Assembly: GCA_963766655.1 (NCBI GenBank)
Contig: CAVYBB010000003.1
Coordinates: 393,097-457,096 of the forward strand
Reading direction: 5' to 3'
Source of the DNA: an uncultured Chloroflexia bacterium
GTDB lineage: Bacteria > Chloroflexota > Limnocylindria > Limnocylindrales > CSP1-4
Length of the DNA: 64,000 nt
In this document: positions 8,762 to 17,459 of the stretch, piece after piece
Position numbering within the stretch: the first letter of the stretch is position 1
Layout of the letters: the number at the start of each line of letters is the position of its first letter
Position numbers and translations under genes: made by a program
Notes under the pieces: generated by a model
What the model saw: the letters and a program-made list of their open reading frames with translations, nothing else
Told to the model about the DNA's origin: nothing
The model's database searches: none

Positions 8762-9448
8762 TCAGAGCGGGCTGAGGAACTCCCACAGGGACGCGATGAG
8801 GAACAGGGGAATCGCCAGCGCGTAGGTCCAGGCGACGTCCATGACGGCGTCCCTGGGCAGGCCGTACACGCGAACACCGAACACTCGCCGCTCCTCGCGT
8901 CGCCGCAGGAACGCGACGCCCAGCGCCACGCCGGCACCGCCGGTCAGCGTATAGGGGATGAGCTGCAGCGTCAGGGTGCTGAGGTAGTACGCGGCGCTGC
9001 GCGGCTCGTCCAGGCGGCTCGTACGGTCGTCCCGCACCGAGACGATGCCGCCGATCCATCCTCTGTACGCGATGATCGGGAACGGCATGATGACGGCCAG
9101 GCCGGCGACCGTGGTCGGAACCGCGCCGAGCACCACGTTTGCGCCGAAGTCGAGGAGAGCGGCCGACACGGGATCGCCCCGTTCCAACGCGATCGTGGAG
9201 GAATCCGAGGCGCGCGCACCTGCCACGAGTGTGTCGCGGCTGCCGAGCGCGGACGCGTTCCCGGCGTGGACGAGGCCGATGCCCGTCGCCAACCCGGCGA
9301 CATAGACGAGGGCGACGGCTCCGGAAGCGAACCTCCCACGGTGCAGCGCCAGCCTCACCCGACCGCGGATCTCGCCGAGCCTCGACGGGTGGCGCGGCGT
9401 CGTGGGGCTCGGCTGCTGCGTGGAGGCGGGGTCGTCGGCCCGGGTCAC
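8762..9448 (-). CDS. SpoIIM-like (DUF95-type) integral membrane protein
   Basis: 228 aa with 5-6 hydrophobic helices and a pattern reminiscent of stage II sporulation protein M. The GTG start overlaps the upstream stop as GTGA at 9445..9448. Confidence 0.55.
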   Translation of the reverse strand: MTRADDPASTQQPSPTTPRHPSRLGEIRGRVRLALHRGRFASGAVALVYVAGLATGIGLVHAGNASALGSRDTLVAGARASDSSTIALERGDPVSAALLDFGANVVLGAVPTTVAGLAVIMPFPIIAYRGWIGGIVSVRDDRTSRLDEPRSAAYYLSTLTLQLIPYTLTGGAGVALGVAFLRRREERRVFGVRVYGLPRDAVMDVAWTYALAIPLFLIASLWEFLSPL

Positions 9449-10788
9449 ACCCCGACGGAAGCCACGAGCGACGCCAGTCTGACGATCGGCTCGATCACCT
9501 CGTCGAGCGGGGTCCCGTCCACCTGGGCGAGTTCATACCCGACGCGCGTGATCGGCTTGTTGAGCTCGAGGACGCGGGTCAGGTCGATCGGGGTCGCCGA
9601 GAGGACGAGGTCCGCGTCAACGGCGTTGAGCGTTGCCTGCAGTTCGCTGATCTGGATCGGTCCATAGCCCATGGCCGGGACGAGCGGCTCGAGAGCCGGG
9701 TATCGCTCCAGCACCTGGCGGATCGAGCCAACGGCCGCTGGCCTCGGGTCGACGACCGATGCCGCTCCGAATCGTCGGGCGGCCACAATCCCGGCCCCGT
9801 AGGCCATCCCGCCGTGTGTCAGGGTCGGGCCGTCCTCGACGACGACCACCCGGGCCCCGGCAATCGGCGGACCGACGAGCGTCAGGTCGGAGCGTGCGGT
9901 CACGATGTCTGCCCCTGGATTCAGCTCGCCGATCGATGCGCGGACCGCGTCCACGGCCGCCGGTTCGGCAGAGTCGACCTTGTTGATGATCACGACGTCG
10001 GCGAGCCGGACGTTGGTCTCGCCCGGGTGGTAGTGCTGCTCGTCACCCGGCCGAAGCGGATCGGCGACGACGACGAACAGGTCCGGCCGGTAGAACGGGA
10101 AGTCGTTGTTCCCGCCGTCCCACAGGATGACGTCGGCCTCGATCTCGGCCTGGCGGAGGATCGCCTCGTAGTCGACCCCGGCGTACACGACCCGGCCCGC
10201 GTCGATGTGGGGCTCGTACTCCTCCCGCTCCTCGATCGTGGTGTCGAAGAGGTCGAGGTCCTCGAGGGTCGCGTACCGCTGGACGCGCTGGGCGACGAGG
10301 TCGCCATAGGGCATGGGGTGGCGGATGACGACCGGGATGAGGCCGCGCTCTGCGAGCATGGCGGCGAGGTAGCGCGTCGTCTGGCTCTTGCCGGCCCCTG
10401 TCCGGGTGGCGCCGACGGCGATGACCGGCCGCGTGCTCTTGAGCATCGTGCGATCCGGCCCCAGGAGCGAGAAGTCCGCGCCTGCCGCGAGGACCCGCGA
10501 TGCGGCATGCATGACCGTCTCGTGAGCGACGTCGCTGTACGCGAAGACGACCGTGTCGACGCGGTTGTCCGTGATGATCTGGACGAGGTCCGCCTCCGGG
10601 AGGATGGGGATGCCCGCCGGGTACAGCGGTCCCGCGAGCTCGGGCGGATAGCGTCGATCCGCGATCCCGGGAATCTGGGCGGCCGTGAACGCGACGACCT
10701 CGACGTCGGGATCGTTTCGGAAGACGACGTTGAAGTTGTGGAAGTCGCGCCCGGCGGCCCCCATGATCACGATGCGCCTGCGATCCAT
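9445..10788 (-). CDS. COG2403-type P-loop protein (cyclic 2,3-diphosphoglycerate synthetase-like / predicted GTPase)
   Basis: 447 aa. N-terminal Rossmann-like IVIMGAAGRDFHNFN, P-loop VGATRTGAGKSQTT, family-typical IRHPMPYGDL. The call is from motif-level recognition. Confidence 0.65.
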   Translation of the reverse strand: MDRRRIVIMGAAGRDFHNFNVVFRNDPDVEVVAFTAAQIPGIADRRYPPELAGPLYPAGIPILPEADLVQIITDNRVDTVVFAYSDVAHETVMHAASRVLAAGADFSLLGPDRTMLKSTRPVIAVGATRTGAGKSQTTRYLAAMLAERGLIPVVIRHPMPYGDLVAQRVQRYATLEDLDLFDTTIEEREEYEPHIDAGRVVYAGVDYEAILRQAEIEADVILWDGGNNDFPFYRPDLFVVVADPLRPGDEQHYHPGETNVRLADVVIINKVDSAEPAAVDAVRASIGELNPGADIVTARSDLTLVGPPIAGARVVVVEDGPTLTHGGMAYGAGIVAARRFGAASVVDPRPAAVGSIRQVLERYPALEPLVPAMGYGPIQISELQATLNAVDADLVLSATPIDLTRVLELNKPITRVGYELAQVDGTPLDEVIEPIVRLASLVASVGV

Positions 10789-10970
10789 CTTTCAGGCCTC
10801 CCTGTCCGGCTCAGCGCCAACGCACATGCGCTACCGCCGGCTCGATCAGGGTTGCGGTCCGGCCGTCCAGGCGGCCAGTGCCCTTCGGCCCCTTGCCGGG
10901 AGCCACAGGAACGGGCGCGGGCGTGCTCCTCGTCCCCGCGCCGAGCGGGCGGACGCAGGCGGGAACAGGC

Positions 10971-11927
10971 TCAGTATCCCGGCGGGCCGCCTGTCTCGCG
11001 GACGACGAGGACCGAGCACGTCGCGTGCTGGAGGACGTTCCGCGCGACGCTCCCCAGGACGAGTCGAGCAAGCCCCGTCCGACCGTGCGTTCCCATGACG
11101 ATCAGGTCCGCATTCGATTCGGCCGCGGCGGCGATGATCTCGCTGGCCGCGTCGCCCTCGCTCGTGGCTGGCTCGGCCTTGAGGCCGGCCGTCCGGAGCT
11201 CGGTCGCCTTGTCGTGCGCCAGCTCCTCGTGGTGCCTGCGTGACGCGTCCCTGGCGTCGATGAACATCGGCATCAGCTCGGCGGACCCGGGCTGTGGAAA
11301 GCCCGTCCACCAGGGGTTGTCGACGTCCGTGGCGCTGACCACCCGCACGGCTGAGCGGGCGAAGATCGGCCAGGTGCACAGGAGGTCAGCGGCGCGCGCC
11401 GCGCACGACGAGCCATCCCAGGCCAGGACGACGCGACGGATGCCGTAGCCCCTGGCGACCAGGACCGGAACGGGGGCGTGGTCGATCACTTCTGCGGAGA
11501 CAGACCCGAGCAGCATCGACGCGATCCGGCCGTGGCCCTTGCTTCCCACGATGATCAGGTCGGCCTTCATCCTGCGGGCCTCGTCGACGATCGCGGTTGC
11601 AGCCCGTCCCTTGAGCACCACGGACGTCACGTTCATGCCGCGCGACGCCAATCGGTCACGGGTCTCATCGACGGTCCGGGTCGCCTCTGCGCGGAGCTCA
11701 TCCTCCAGCCGATCCGCCTGGACGTTGACCGGCGCCGGCCACGGGCCACCGAAGAGTCCGGCGCCCGTCTCGACGGCCATGGCAACGACGATCTCGGTTG
11801 CGGGCGGCCACGCGATCTGGGTCACGAGATCGACGGCCATGCCCGCAGGCTCCGAGCCATCGATCCCGACCAGGACGCGCATCGCCTGGTCCGGCTTCAG
11901 TTGTTCAGTCATCGTCATTCCTCTCAT
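10971..11927 (-). CDS. Tandem universal stress protein (two UspA domains)
   Basis: Domain 1: VLVGIDGSEPAG ... IIVGSKGHGRIASMLLGSVSAEVIDHAPVPVLVAR. Domain 2: VVLAWDGSSCAA ... LIVMGTHGRTGLARLVLGSVARNVLQHATCSVLVVR. Confidence 0.88.
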   Translation of the reverse strand: MRGMTMTEQLKPDQAMRVLVGIDGSEPAGMAVDLVTQIAWPPATEIVVAMAVETGAGLFGGPWPAPVNVQADRLEDELRAEATRTVDETRDRLASRGMNVTSVVLKGRAATAIVDEARRMKADLIIVGSKGHGRIASMLLGSVSAEVIDHAPVPVLVARGYGIRRVVLAWDGSSCAARAADLLCTWPIFARSAVRVVSATDVDNPWWTGFPQPGSAELMPMFIDARDASRRHHEELAHDKATELRTAGLKAEPATSEGDAASEIIAAAAESNADLIVMGTHGRTGLARLVLGSVARNVLQHATCSVLVVRETGGPPGY

Positions 11928-12463
11928 CCATCGCCGTGGCGCGGCGGCTTGTCGACGACACGTCGAGGGAGCAGGTCGAGCCTGCCGGATGGGCGACGCG
12001 ACGGCGGTCCGCTCCAGCGGTAGGCGCCGACGGTGCGCCGTCTCAATGCCTCTCCCGTGATTCCCCTGAGCCGGGCGATGAGCTGGCGATCCGTCAGCCG
12101 CGCCGACGCCTCGCAGACCACGCTGCGTGGCCGCTCGTGGCGACGGTCCGCGTCGCGGACGAGATGCTCCAGGCGCTCGCGCACCGTGCCGGGTCCGAGG
12201 ATGATGACGTCGTCGTCGTCGGGCAGCCGGTCAGCGACCTCATCGACGAAGCGCGCCAGGTGCTCGAGCCGGTTCGGCTCACCCGCGGTCTGCGGCCGTC
12301 CGCCGCCTCCGTGGCGGGTGGCCGGATCGTGACGGACATGGCCGGTCGCCCGGTGGTGAGCCGGGACGTCCAATTCCAGCCGCTCGAGCCGCGCGTCGGC
12401 ATCCTGCCATCGGACGATGACCGCCTCGCGCGCGTCGATCCAGACCAGGGTGGTGGGTTGCAT
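11924..12463 (-). CDS. Hypothetical protein, tentatively eRF1/Pelota-fold (host-attachment / bacterial eRF1-like type)
   Basis: Start ATG 12463 (MQPTTLVWIDAREAVIV) has AGGAG 10 nt upstream. Pattern LEHLARFVDEVADRL...VIILGPGTVRERLEHLV...ARLTDRQLIARL. Its stop overlaps the USP start as ATGA. Confidence 0.45.
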   Translation of the reverse strand: MQPTTLVWIDAREAVIVRWQDADARLERLELDVPAHHRATGHVRHDPATRHGGGGRPQTAGEPNRLEHLARFVDEVADRLPDDDDVIILGPGTVRERLEHLVRDADRRHERPRSVVCEASARLTDRQLIARLRGITGEALRRRTVGAYRWSGPPSRRPSGRLDLLPRRVVDKPPRHGDG

Positions 12464-12516
12464 GTCGCCTGTGCTCCTGTCGTCAGACGGTCCGATCATC
12501 CGAGCGTGCCCACTCG

Positions 12517-13038
12517 TCACGACCGCGCCCAGGCCGGCCTCTTGTCGCTGTCCGGGACGAGGTCCATGTACGCGACGTCACAGGCGCGCTCCCAGCTCGC
12601 CCGCTCGACGCGCACGCTGAATCGATGGCTCCCGGCGTTGAAGCTGATGTCGGGGTCATCGCGAACCGCGAAGTCGGCGTACGTCGCGATTCCGAACAGC
12701 GAGCCGACGGCCGGGATCGCGCCGACCTCGCATCCGGGAGCCAGCGCCGACATCTCGTCCTCTGTCAGCAGGCGCGCCCGAGGCGTGTCGAGGAATCGGC
12801 CGGCCTTGTGCAGGTCGACGTGATCGGTCGCGTCGAGGACCACGAGGACCTTCCGGCCGTCGTCGGTCGCCAGCCCGACGACCTTTGCGAAGGTTCGCGG
12901 GTCGACGCCCTCGGCCGCCGCGGTCGCGGTCGCGGTGAACGCGCGATCGTGCTCGTGGATCTCGTACTCGATGCCGTGGCTCGCAAGCCAGTCGAGCAGG
13001 GTCTGGAGTGGCCGGTCGAGGCTGGTCGTTGCGCTCAT
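12517..13038 (-). CDS. YbaK/ProX-like aminoacyl-tRNA deacylase domain protein
   Basis: Start ATG 13038 follows GGAGG. Motifs FAKVVGLATDDGRKVLVVLDATDHVDLHK, GCEVGAIPAVGSLFG, ISFNAGSH. The upstream 80 codons of ORF 12517..13278 look non-coding. Confidence 0.8.
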   Translation of the reverse strand: MSATTSLDRPLQTLLDWLASHGIEYEIHEHDRAFTATATAAAEGVDPRTFAKVVGLATDDGRKVLVVLDATDHVDLHKAGRFLDTPRARLLTEDEMSALAPGCEVGAIPAVGSLFGIATYADFAVRDDPDISFNAGSHRFSVRVERASWERACDVAYMDLVPDSDKRPAWARS

Positions 13039-13343
13039 CGTGACCTCCTGTCCGCTTCCGCTGAGCATCAGCGTCACGCTGTGGACGGCCGCGCGAAACG
13101 GCCATTGGATGCGGTCGCGGGTGCCGAATGTCCCGAATGGAACGCTGCCGTCCTTCAGGCGTCGCCGTTCGGTCCGACAAGCCCCCGCCAACGGTCCGGA
13201 TGGCTCTCGCCGACGGTCGCCGGCGTGCTCAGACTCGATCGGTTGGACGGGTCGACGCCTGCCCCCAGCAGGGTCCACCCGATCGGCCCGCCAGCAGGAG
13301 CGAGGGGATCTCGGCAGGACACTCGAAGCGCGAGGATCCGGAC

Positions 13344-13829
13344 ATGGACTACCAGTTCGTCAAGCGCGACGTCGCGAAGCAGCCGATCGTCTCGATTCGC
13401 GACCGGCGCGTGCCAACGGACATCCCGACCCTGCTCGGTGAGGCATTTCCCGAGCTCTTCGGCCGGCTGCGGCTCCTCGGCGCGACGCCTGCAGGGCCGC
13501 CCTTCGTGATCTACCACGAGTTCGGTCCGGACGCCATCGATGCGGAGGTCTGCGTGCCGGTCTCCGAAGCGGTCTCCGCGACGGGATCGATCCAGAGCCG
13601 CGTGCTGCCAGCCGCCACTCTTGCCGGGACGATCCATATCGGCCGATACGAGGAACTCGAGGCTGCCTACGCGGCCATCACGGGCTGGATTCGCGAGTCC
13701 GGCTTCGAGACGGCCGGGCCGGTCCAGGAGCGCTATCTCAACGGCCCGGGGGACGATGTCCTGCCCGCGGCGTACGTGACGCAGATCGAGATCCCCATCG
13801 TCCCGCGTGACGCTCTCGTCCCTGCCTGA
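13344..13829 (+). CDS. GyrI-like small-molecule-binding domain protein
   Basis: ATG 13344 (MDYQFVKRDVAKQPIVSIRDR...) with FVIYHEFGPD...VCVPV and GPVQERYLNGP, typical of the GyrI/SOUL-like effector-binding fold. Confidence 0.75.
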   Translation: MDYQFVKRDVAKQPIVSIRDRRVPTDIPTLLGEAFPELFGRLRLLGATPAGPPFVIYHEFGPDAIDAEVCVPVSEAVSATGSIQSRVLPAATLAGTIHIGRYEELEAAYAAITGWIRESGFETAGPVQERYLNGPGDDVLPAAYVTQIEIPIVPRDALVPA

Positions 13830-14048
13830 GGCGGCCGGCTTGCATTGTGCGCGGTCCGGGGCGGTCCGCCGGTCACAGGTCCAAAGGACCTCTCGGAGCC
13901 ATCGAGGTGACCGATGGCCCTACGCGCGCGCGGCTCTGGCAACGAGAGTCAAGGGTGAACGACCGGCGCCATGGACGCGCCGGCAACCTGGCGGGCTGTG
14001 TGGAATGGCAACGTCTTTGAGTCGAATGACAATCACAGGGGAACGAGC

Positions 14049-15854
14049 ATGAGGGGCATCGGCGGTATGGCCGCCCTCCGCTTCGACGGCGCGGCTGCCG
14101 TCCTGGCTCCGCATGGAGCACGACCCGTTCCCACGGAGTCGAGCCGCCCCAGGCGACCCGGTCCTGTCGCGCTTGCCGCCCCGCGCGGCGCCGTCGCCAC
14201 CAGCCACCGCGGACGAGACCTCATCGGCCAGTCCCTCCTGAACAAGGGCACGGCCTTCACCGACGAGGAGCGCGACGCGCTCGACCTTCGCGGGTTGCTG
14301 CCGGCGCGCGTGTCGACGATCGATGAGCAGGTCGTCCTCGAGCTCGAGCACGTCCGCCGCAAGTCGGACGATCTCGAGCGCTTCATCGGCCTCGTCGCCC
14401 TCCAGGACCGCAATGAGACGCTGTTCTACCGGGTCCTCACCGAACACCTTGCGGAGTTCCTCCCGATCGTCTACACGCCGACGGTCGGTCGCGCCTGCCA
14501 GGACTTCAGCCACATCTTCCGCCGGCCCCGCGGCGTCTGGATCACGCCCGCGGACATCAACCGGGTCGACGACATCCTGCGAACGGCTGCCGACGAGGAG
14601 ATCCGGCTGATCGTCGTCACCGACAACGAGCGCATCCTCGGACTCGGCGACCAGGGAGCGGGCGGAATGGCCATCCCCGTCGGCAAGCTCGCCCTGTACA
14701 CCGCGGCCGCCGGCATCTATCCGGCCTGGACCCTGCCCGTCTCCCTCGACGTCGGGACGGACCGGGCAGAGCTGCTCAACGACCCCCTCTACCTCGGCTT
14801 CCGCGCTCCCCGCCTTCGTGGCCGCGCCTACGACGAGGTGCTCGAAGCCTTCGTCCAGTCCGTCAAGCGGGTGTTCCCCGCGGCGGTCGTCCAGTGGGAG
14901 GACTTCAAGCAGCACAATGCGCTCCGAATCCTCGATCGATACCGTCACCGCCTGACGAGCTTCAACGACGACGTCCAGGGAACCGGGGGCGTCGTGCTGG
15001 CGGGCCTCCTCGCCGCGCGCCGGCGCGAGGGCGGCCTGGCAGGAGAGCGGTTCCTGTTCATGGGCGCCGGTGCTGCGAGCATCGGAATCGCGGGCCTGCT
15101 TCGTCGGCAGCTGATGACCGAGGGCGTTGCTCCCCGAGCCGACGCCCCGACGATCGCCTTGATGGATCGAGGCGGCCTCGTCCACCTCGGACGCCCGGAA
15201 CTGGCCGACGATCAACGGCCGTTTGCCGTCGACCCGGCCTGGTTCATCGCGGCCGGCCTCACTGAAGCCGAGCTCACGGATCCCGTGGCCATCGCCCGGG
15301 CCCTGAAGCCGACGGTCCTGCTCGGAACGACGGGCTGCCAGGGAGCATTCTCGGAGGCGCTGGTCCGCATGGTCGCGAGCCACGCCGCCGTGCCGATCAT
15401 CCTGCCCCTGTCGAACCCGGGCGATCGGGCCGAGGCCCAGCCGTCCGACATCCTGGCGTGGACCGACGGTCGGGCGCTGGTTGCATCGGGGAGCCCCAAC
15501 GGCGACGTCGACGTGCCCGGCGGCGCGCGGACGATCGGCCAGGCCAACAACGTGTTCATCTTCCCGGGCGTCGGGCTGGCGGCAATCGTGGCTGAGGCCC
15601 GAGAAGTGACCGACGACGCGTTCCTCGTGGCCGCCCGCGAGCTCGCGGGCCTCGTCTCGGACGATCGGCTTGCCGCGGGGGCGATCTACCCGCCCGTCAA
15701 GGATCTTCGCCGGATCGCCCGGGCGATTGCCGTTGCCGTCGTGCGCTATCTCCGCGACAGCGGCTACGGCCGGCAGTACCGGGACGAGGAGATCGAACCG
15801 GCGGTCGATCGGGCCATGTGGTGGCCGGAGTACCTCCCGATCATTCCCGAGTGA
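14049..15854 (+). CDS. maeA: NAD(P)-dependent malic enzyme
   Basis: Motifs: LLNKGTAFTDEER, VYTPTVGRACQ, VVTDNERILGLGDQGAGGMAIPVGKLALYTAAAGI, FNDDVQGTGGVVLAGLL, FMGAGAASIGIA, NNVFIFPGVG. The start is uncertain (ATG 14049 or 14067); the ORF opens at 13971. Confidence 0.88.
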   Translation: MRGIGGMAALRFDGAAAVLAPHGARPVPTESSRPRRPGPVALAAPRGAVATSHRGRDLIGQSLLNKGTAFTDEERDALDLRGLLPARVSTIDEQVVLELEHVRRKSDDLERFIGLVALQDRNETLFYRVLTEHLAEFLPIVYTPTVGRACQDFSHIFRRPRGVWITPADINRVDDILRTAADEEIRLIVVTDNERILGLGDQGAGGMAIPVGKLALYTAAAGIYPAWTLPVSLDVGTDRAELLNDPLYLGFRAPRLRGRAYDEVLEAFVQSVKRVFPAAVVQWEDFKQHNALRILDRYRHRLTSFNDDVQGTGGVVLAGLLAARRREGGLAGERFLFMGAGAASIGIAGLLRRQLMTEGVAPRADAPTIALMDRGGLVHLGRPELADDQRPFAVDPAWFIAAGLTEAELTDPVAIARALKPTVLLGTTGCQGAFSEALVRMVASHAAVPIILPLSNPGDRAEAQPSDILAWTDGRALVASGSPNGDVDVPGGARTIGQANNVFIFPGVGLAAIVAEAREVTDDAFLVAARELAGLVSDDRLAAGAIYPPVKDLRRIARAIAVAVVRYLRDSGYGRQYRDEEIEPAVDRAMWWPEYLPIIPE

Positions 15855-15914
15855 TCGGGGCCCGCCCGGCGTCGGGCGCCGGGCGTCATGCCGAGAGGGT
15901 GCGGGGACGGTCGA

Positions 15915-16604
15915 TCAGGGCTGCCCGGCCGTCGCTGATCGTCGATGCCGCAACCGGCCGACCGCGCGTGCGAGGCCGATGATCGCCACGATCCAGGCGA
16001 CCTGCGCGACGACCCAGAATCGGCCGCCCGGATCGGCCGGTCCGGGCGCCGGGCCCGTCGGCCGGATCCTCACCAGGGGCAGGCTGCGCCGGATGGTGTC
16101 GATCCGCTCGCGATCGGCCGAGCCGACGTCACCCAGGGTCAGGCGGCCGACGATCCCGAGGGCCCGGACGTAGGCGGGAAAGACGCGGTCCCACTCGTCC
16201 CGGTTCGTCACGGTTTCGGCGATCCCGGAGAAGGCGATCGACGGCAGAACGACTTCCACCCGCGGGTCTGCCGCGAGATTTCGATACCAGGCGGTCCGCG
16301 GCCCGAAGCCGGCGCAGCAATAGACGGCTCCGTCCGCGATGACGTAGCCGAGCGGCGCCTGCCGTCGCTGCCCGGACGTCCGGCCGACTGTTCTCAGGAC
16401 CATGAGCGACCCGGCAACCGGCGTCGAGAACAGCGGGCCAAGGCCCGCGTTGAGTGCCGGCACGGCGAACCAGCGGTTGACCACCCCGAACACTCGATGG
16501 AGCGGGCCAAGCGAGCGGGCCATTCGCGGGCCGTATGGCAGCTCGTCGACCGGCAGCTCGTCGACATTCGGGAACGCCGTGTCGGGTACCGGTGCGCTGA
16601 TCAT
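15915..16604 (-). CDS. Nitroreductase-family deazaflavin (F420)-dependent oxidoreductase-like protein (DUF385 type) with a C-terminal hydrophobic helix
   Basis: ATG 16604 follows GAGGA. Motifs GSLMVLRTVGRTSGQRRQAPLGYV, YCCAGFGPRTAWYRNL, VEVVLP. C-terminal FWVVAQVAWIVAIIGLARAV. The rest of the 853-aa ORF upstream is antisense to real genes. Confidence 0.7.
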   Translation of the reverse strand: MISAPVPDTAFPNVDELPVDELPYGPRMARSLGPLHRVFGVVNRWFAVPALNAGLGPLFSTPVAGSLMVLRTVGRTSGQRRQAPLGYVIADGAVYCCAGFGPRTAWYRNLAADPRVEVVLPSIAFSGIAETVTNRDEWDRVFPAYVRALGIVGRLTLGDVGSADRERIDTIRRSLPLVRIRPTGPAPGPADPGGRFWVVAQVAWIVAIIGLARAVGRLRHRRSATAGQP

Positions 16605-16859
16605 GGTGGATCCTCGTTGCGGGACGAACCAATTCATGCTGCGGTTCGATCGTGCCCCGTCCCGACTCCCGCGTGCCAGAGCCGATCGGCCCGAAGGGAT
16701 CGCCGCTCCGGCGGTTCCCGATGGCCCGCTTCGGATCGGGCCGGACGGCACGGCACGCCGTGACGTTCGCCCCTCGGTCGTCGCACCGGACGCGCCCACA
16801 CTCCACCGATCGGAGCGGCCCCCACGACCGGCCGAGGCGCACAGCGCCAGAGGTATGAC

Positions 16860-17258
16860 ATGACTCGCGCCCTCGTCGTCCACCACGATCTCGATCTCGG
16901 GGGGCAGGAGGCCGACTCCCTCCGTCGCTTCGGCTACGAAGTCATCGAATGCAGCGGACCCACGCGAAACCACTGCCCGATCCTGGCCGGCCGGCCGTGT
17001 GATCTCGCCGAGCGCGCCGACGTCCTCGTCTACGACGCCTGGGCAAGCGGCGACGCCGACGGCGCGCGCACCCTGATCGAGAACATCCGCGACATCCACC
17101 CGGACACGCCGGTCGTGCTGACATCGCCCGGGCTCCCATTGATGTGGGAGGAAGCCGCCGGGGCCCACTCGGTGACGACCCTCGTCGGGCAGCCGACCGG
17201 GGCCCGGCTCCACGAGGCGATCCAGGCGGCCTTGGCACCCGCTCCGCCACAGGACTGA
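16860..17258 (+). CDS. Stand-alone receiver (CheY-like) domain protein with a degenerate acidic pocket
   Basis: ATG follows GAGG. The REC-like strand pattern is ALVVHHD (HD instead of DD), ADVLVYDAW (putative phospho-Asp) and PVVLTS. There is no output domain. Confidence 0.45.
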   Translation: MTRALVVHHDLDLGGQEADSLRRFGYEVIECSGPTRNHCPILAGRPCDLAERADVLVYDAWASGDADGARTLIENIRDIHPDTPVVLTSPGLPLMWEEAAGAHSVTTLVGQPTGARLHEAIQAALAPAPPQD

Positions 17259-17459
17259 CTCGTCGAAGCGGGCCCTGCGACGGGGTCCGCGGGGCGCCGC
17301 GGGCGGCGAAGTGTGCCCTATTTCCCGTCGAATAAGGACGCATGGCACGTCCCCTGCGCCGGTCCCGTGTCCATCCTGCGGGTGACGGCTCGTGCCGGGC
17401 GCCCAGATTCGCCGGCGCCGCGGGTTGACCCCGCGGTGAGCCACGAGGGAGGAAGTCCG

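Noticed and set aside
9139-11448. 769-aa plus-strand ORF spanning the SpoIIM-like, COG2403 and USP genes
   Set aside because: It is antisense to three well-supported minus-strand genes and also crosses the intergenic region upstream of the COG2403 gene. The composition is Arg/Asp/Pro-biased with no motifs.
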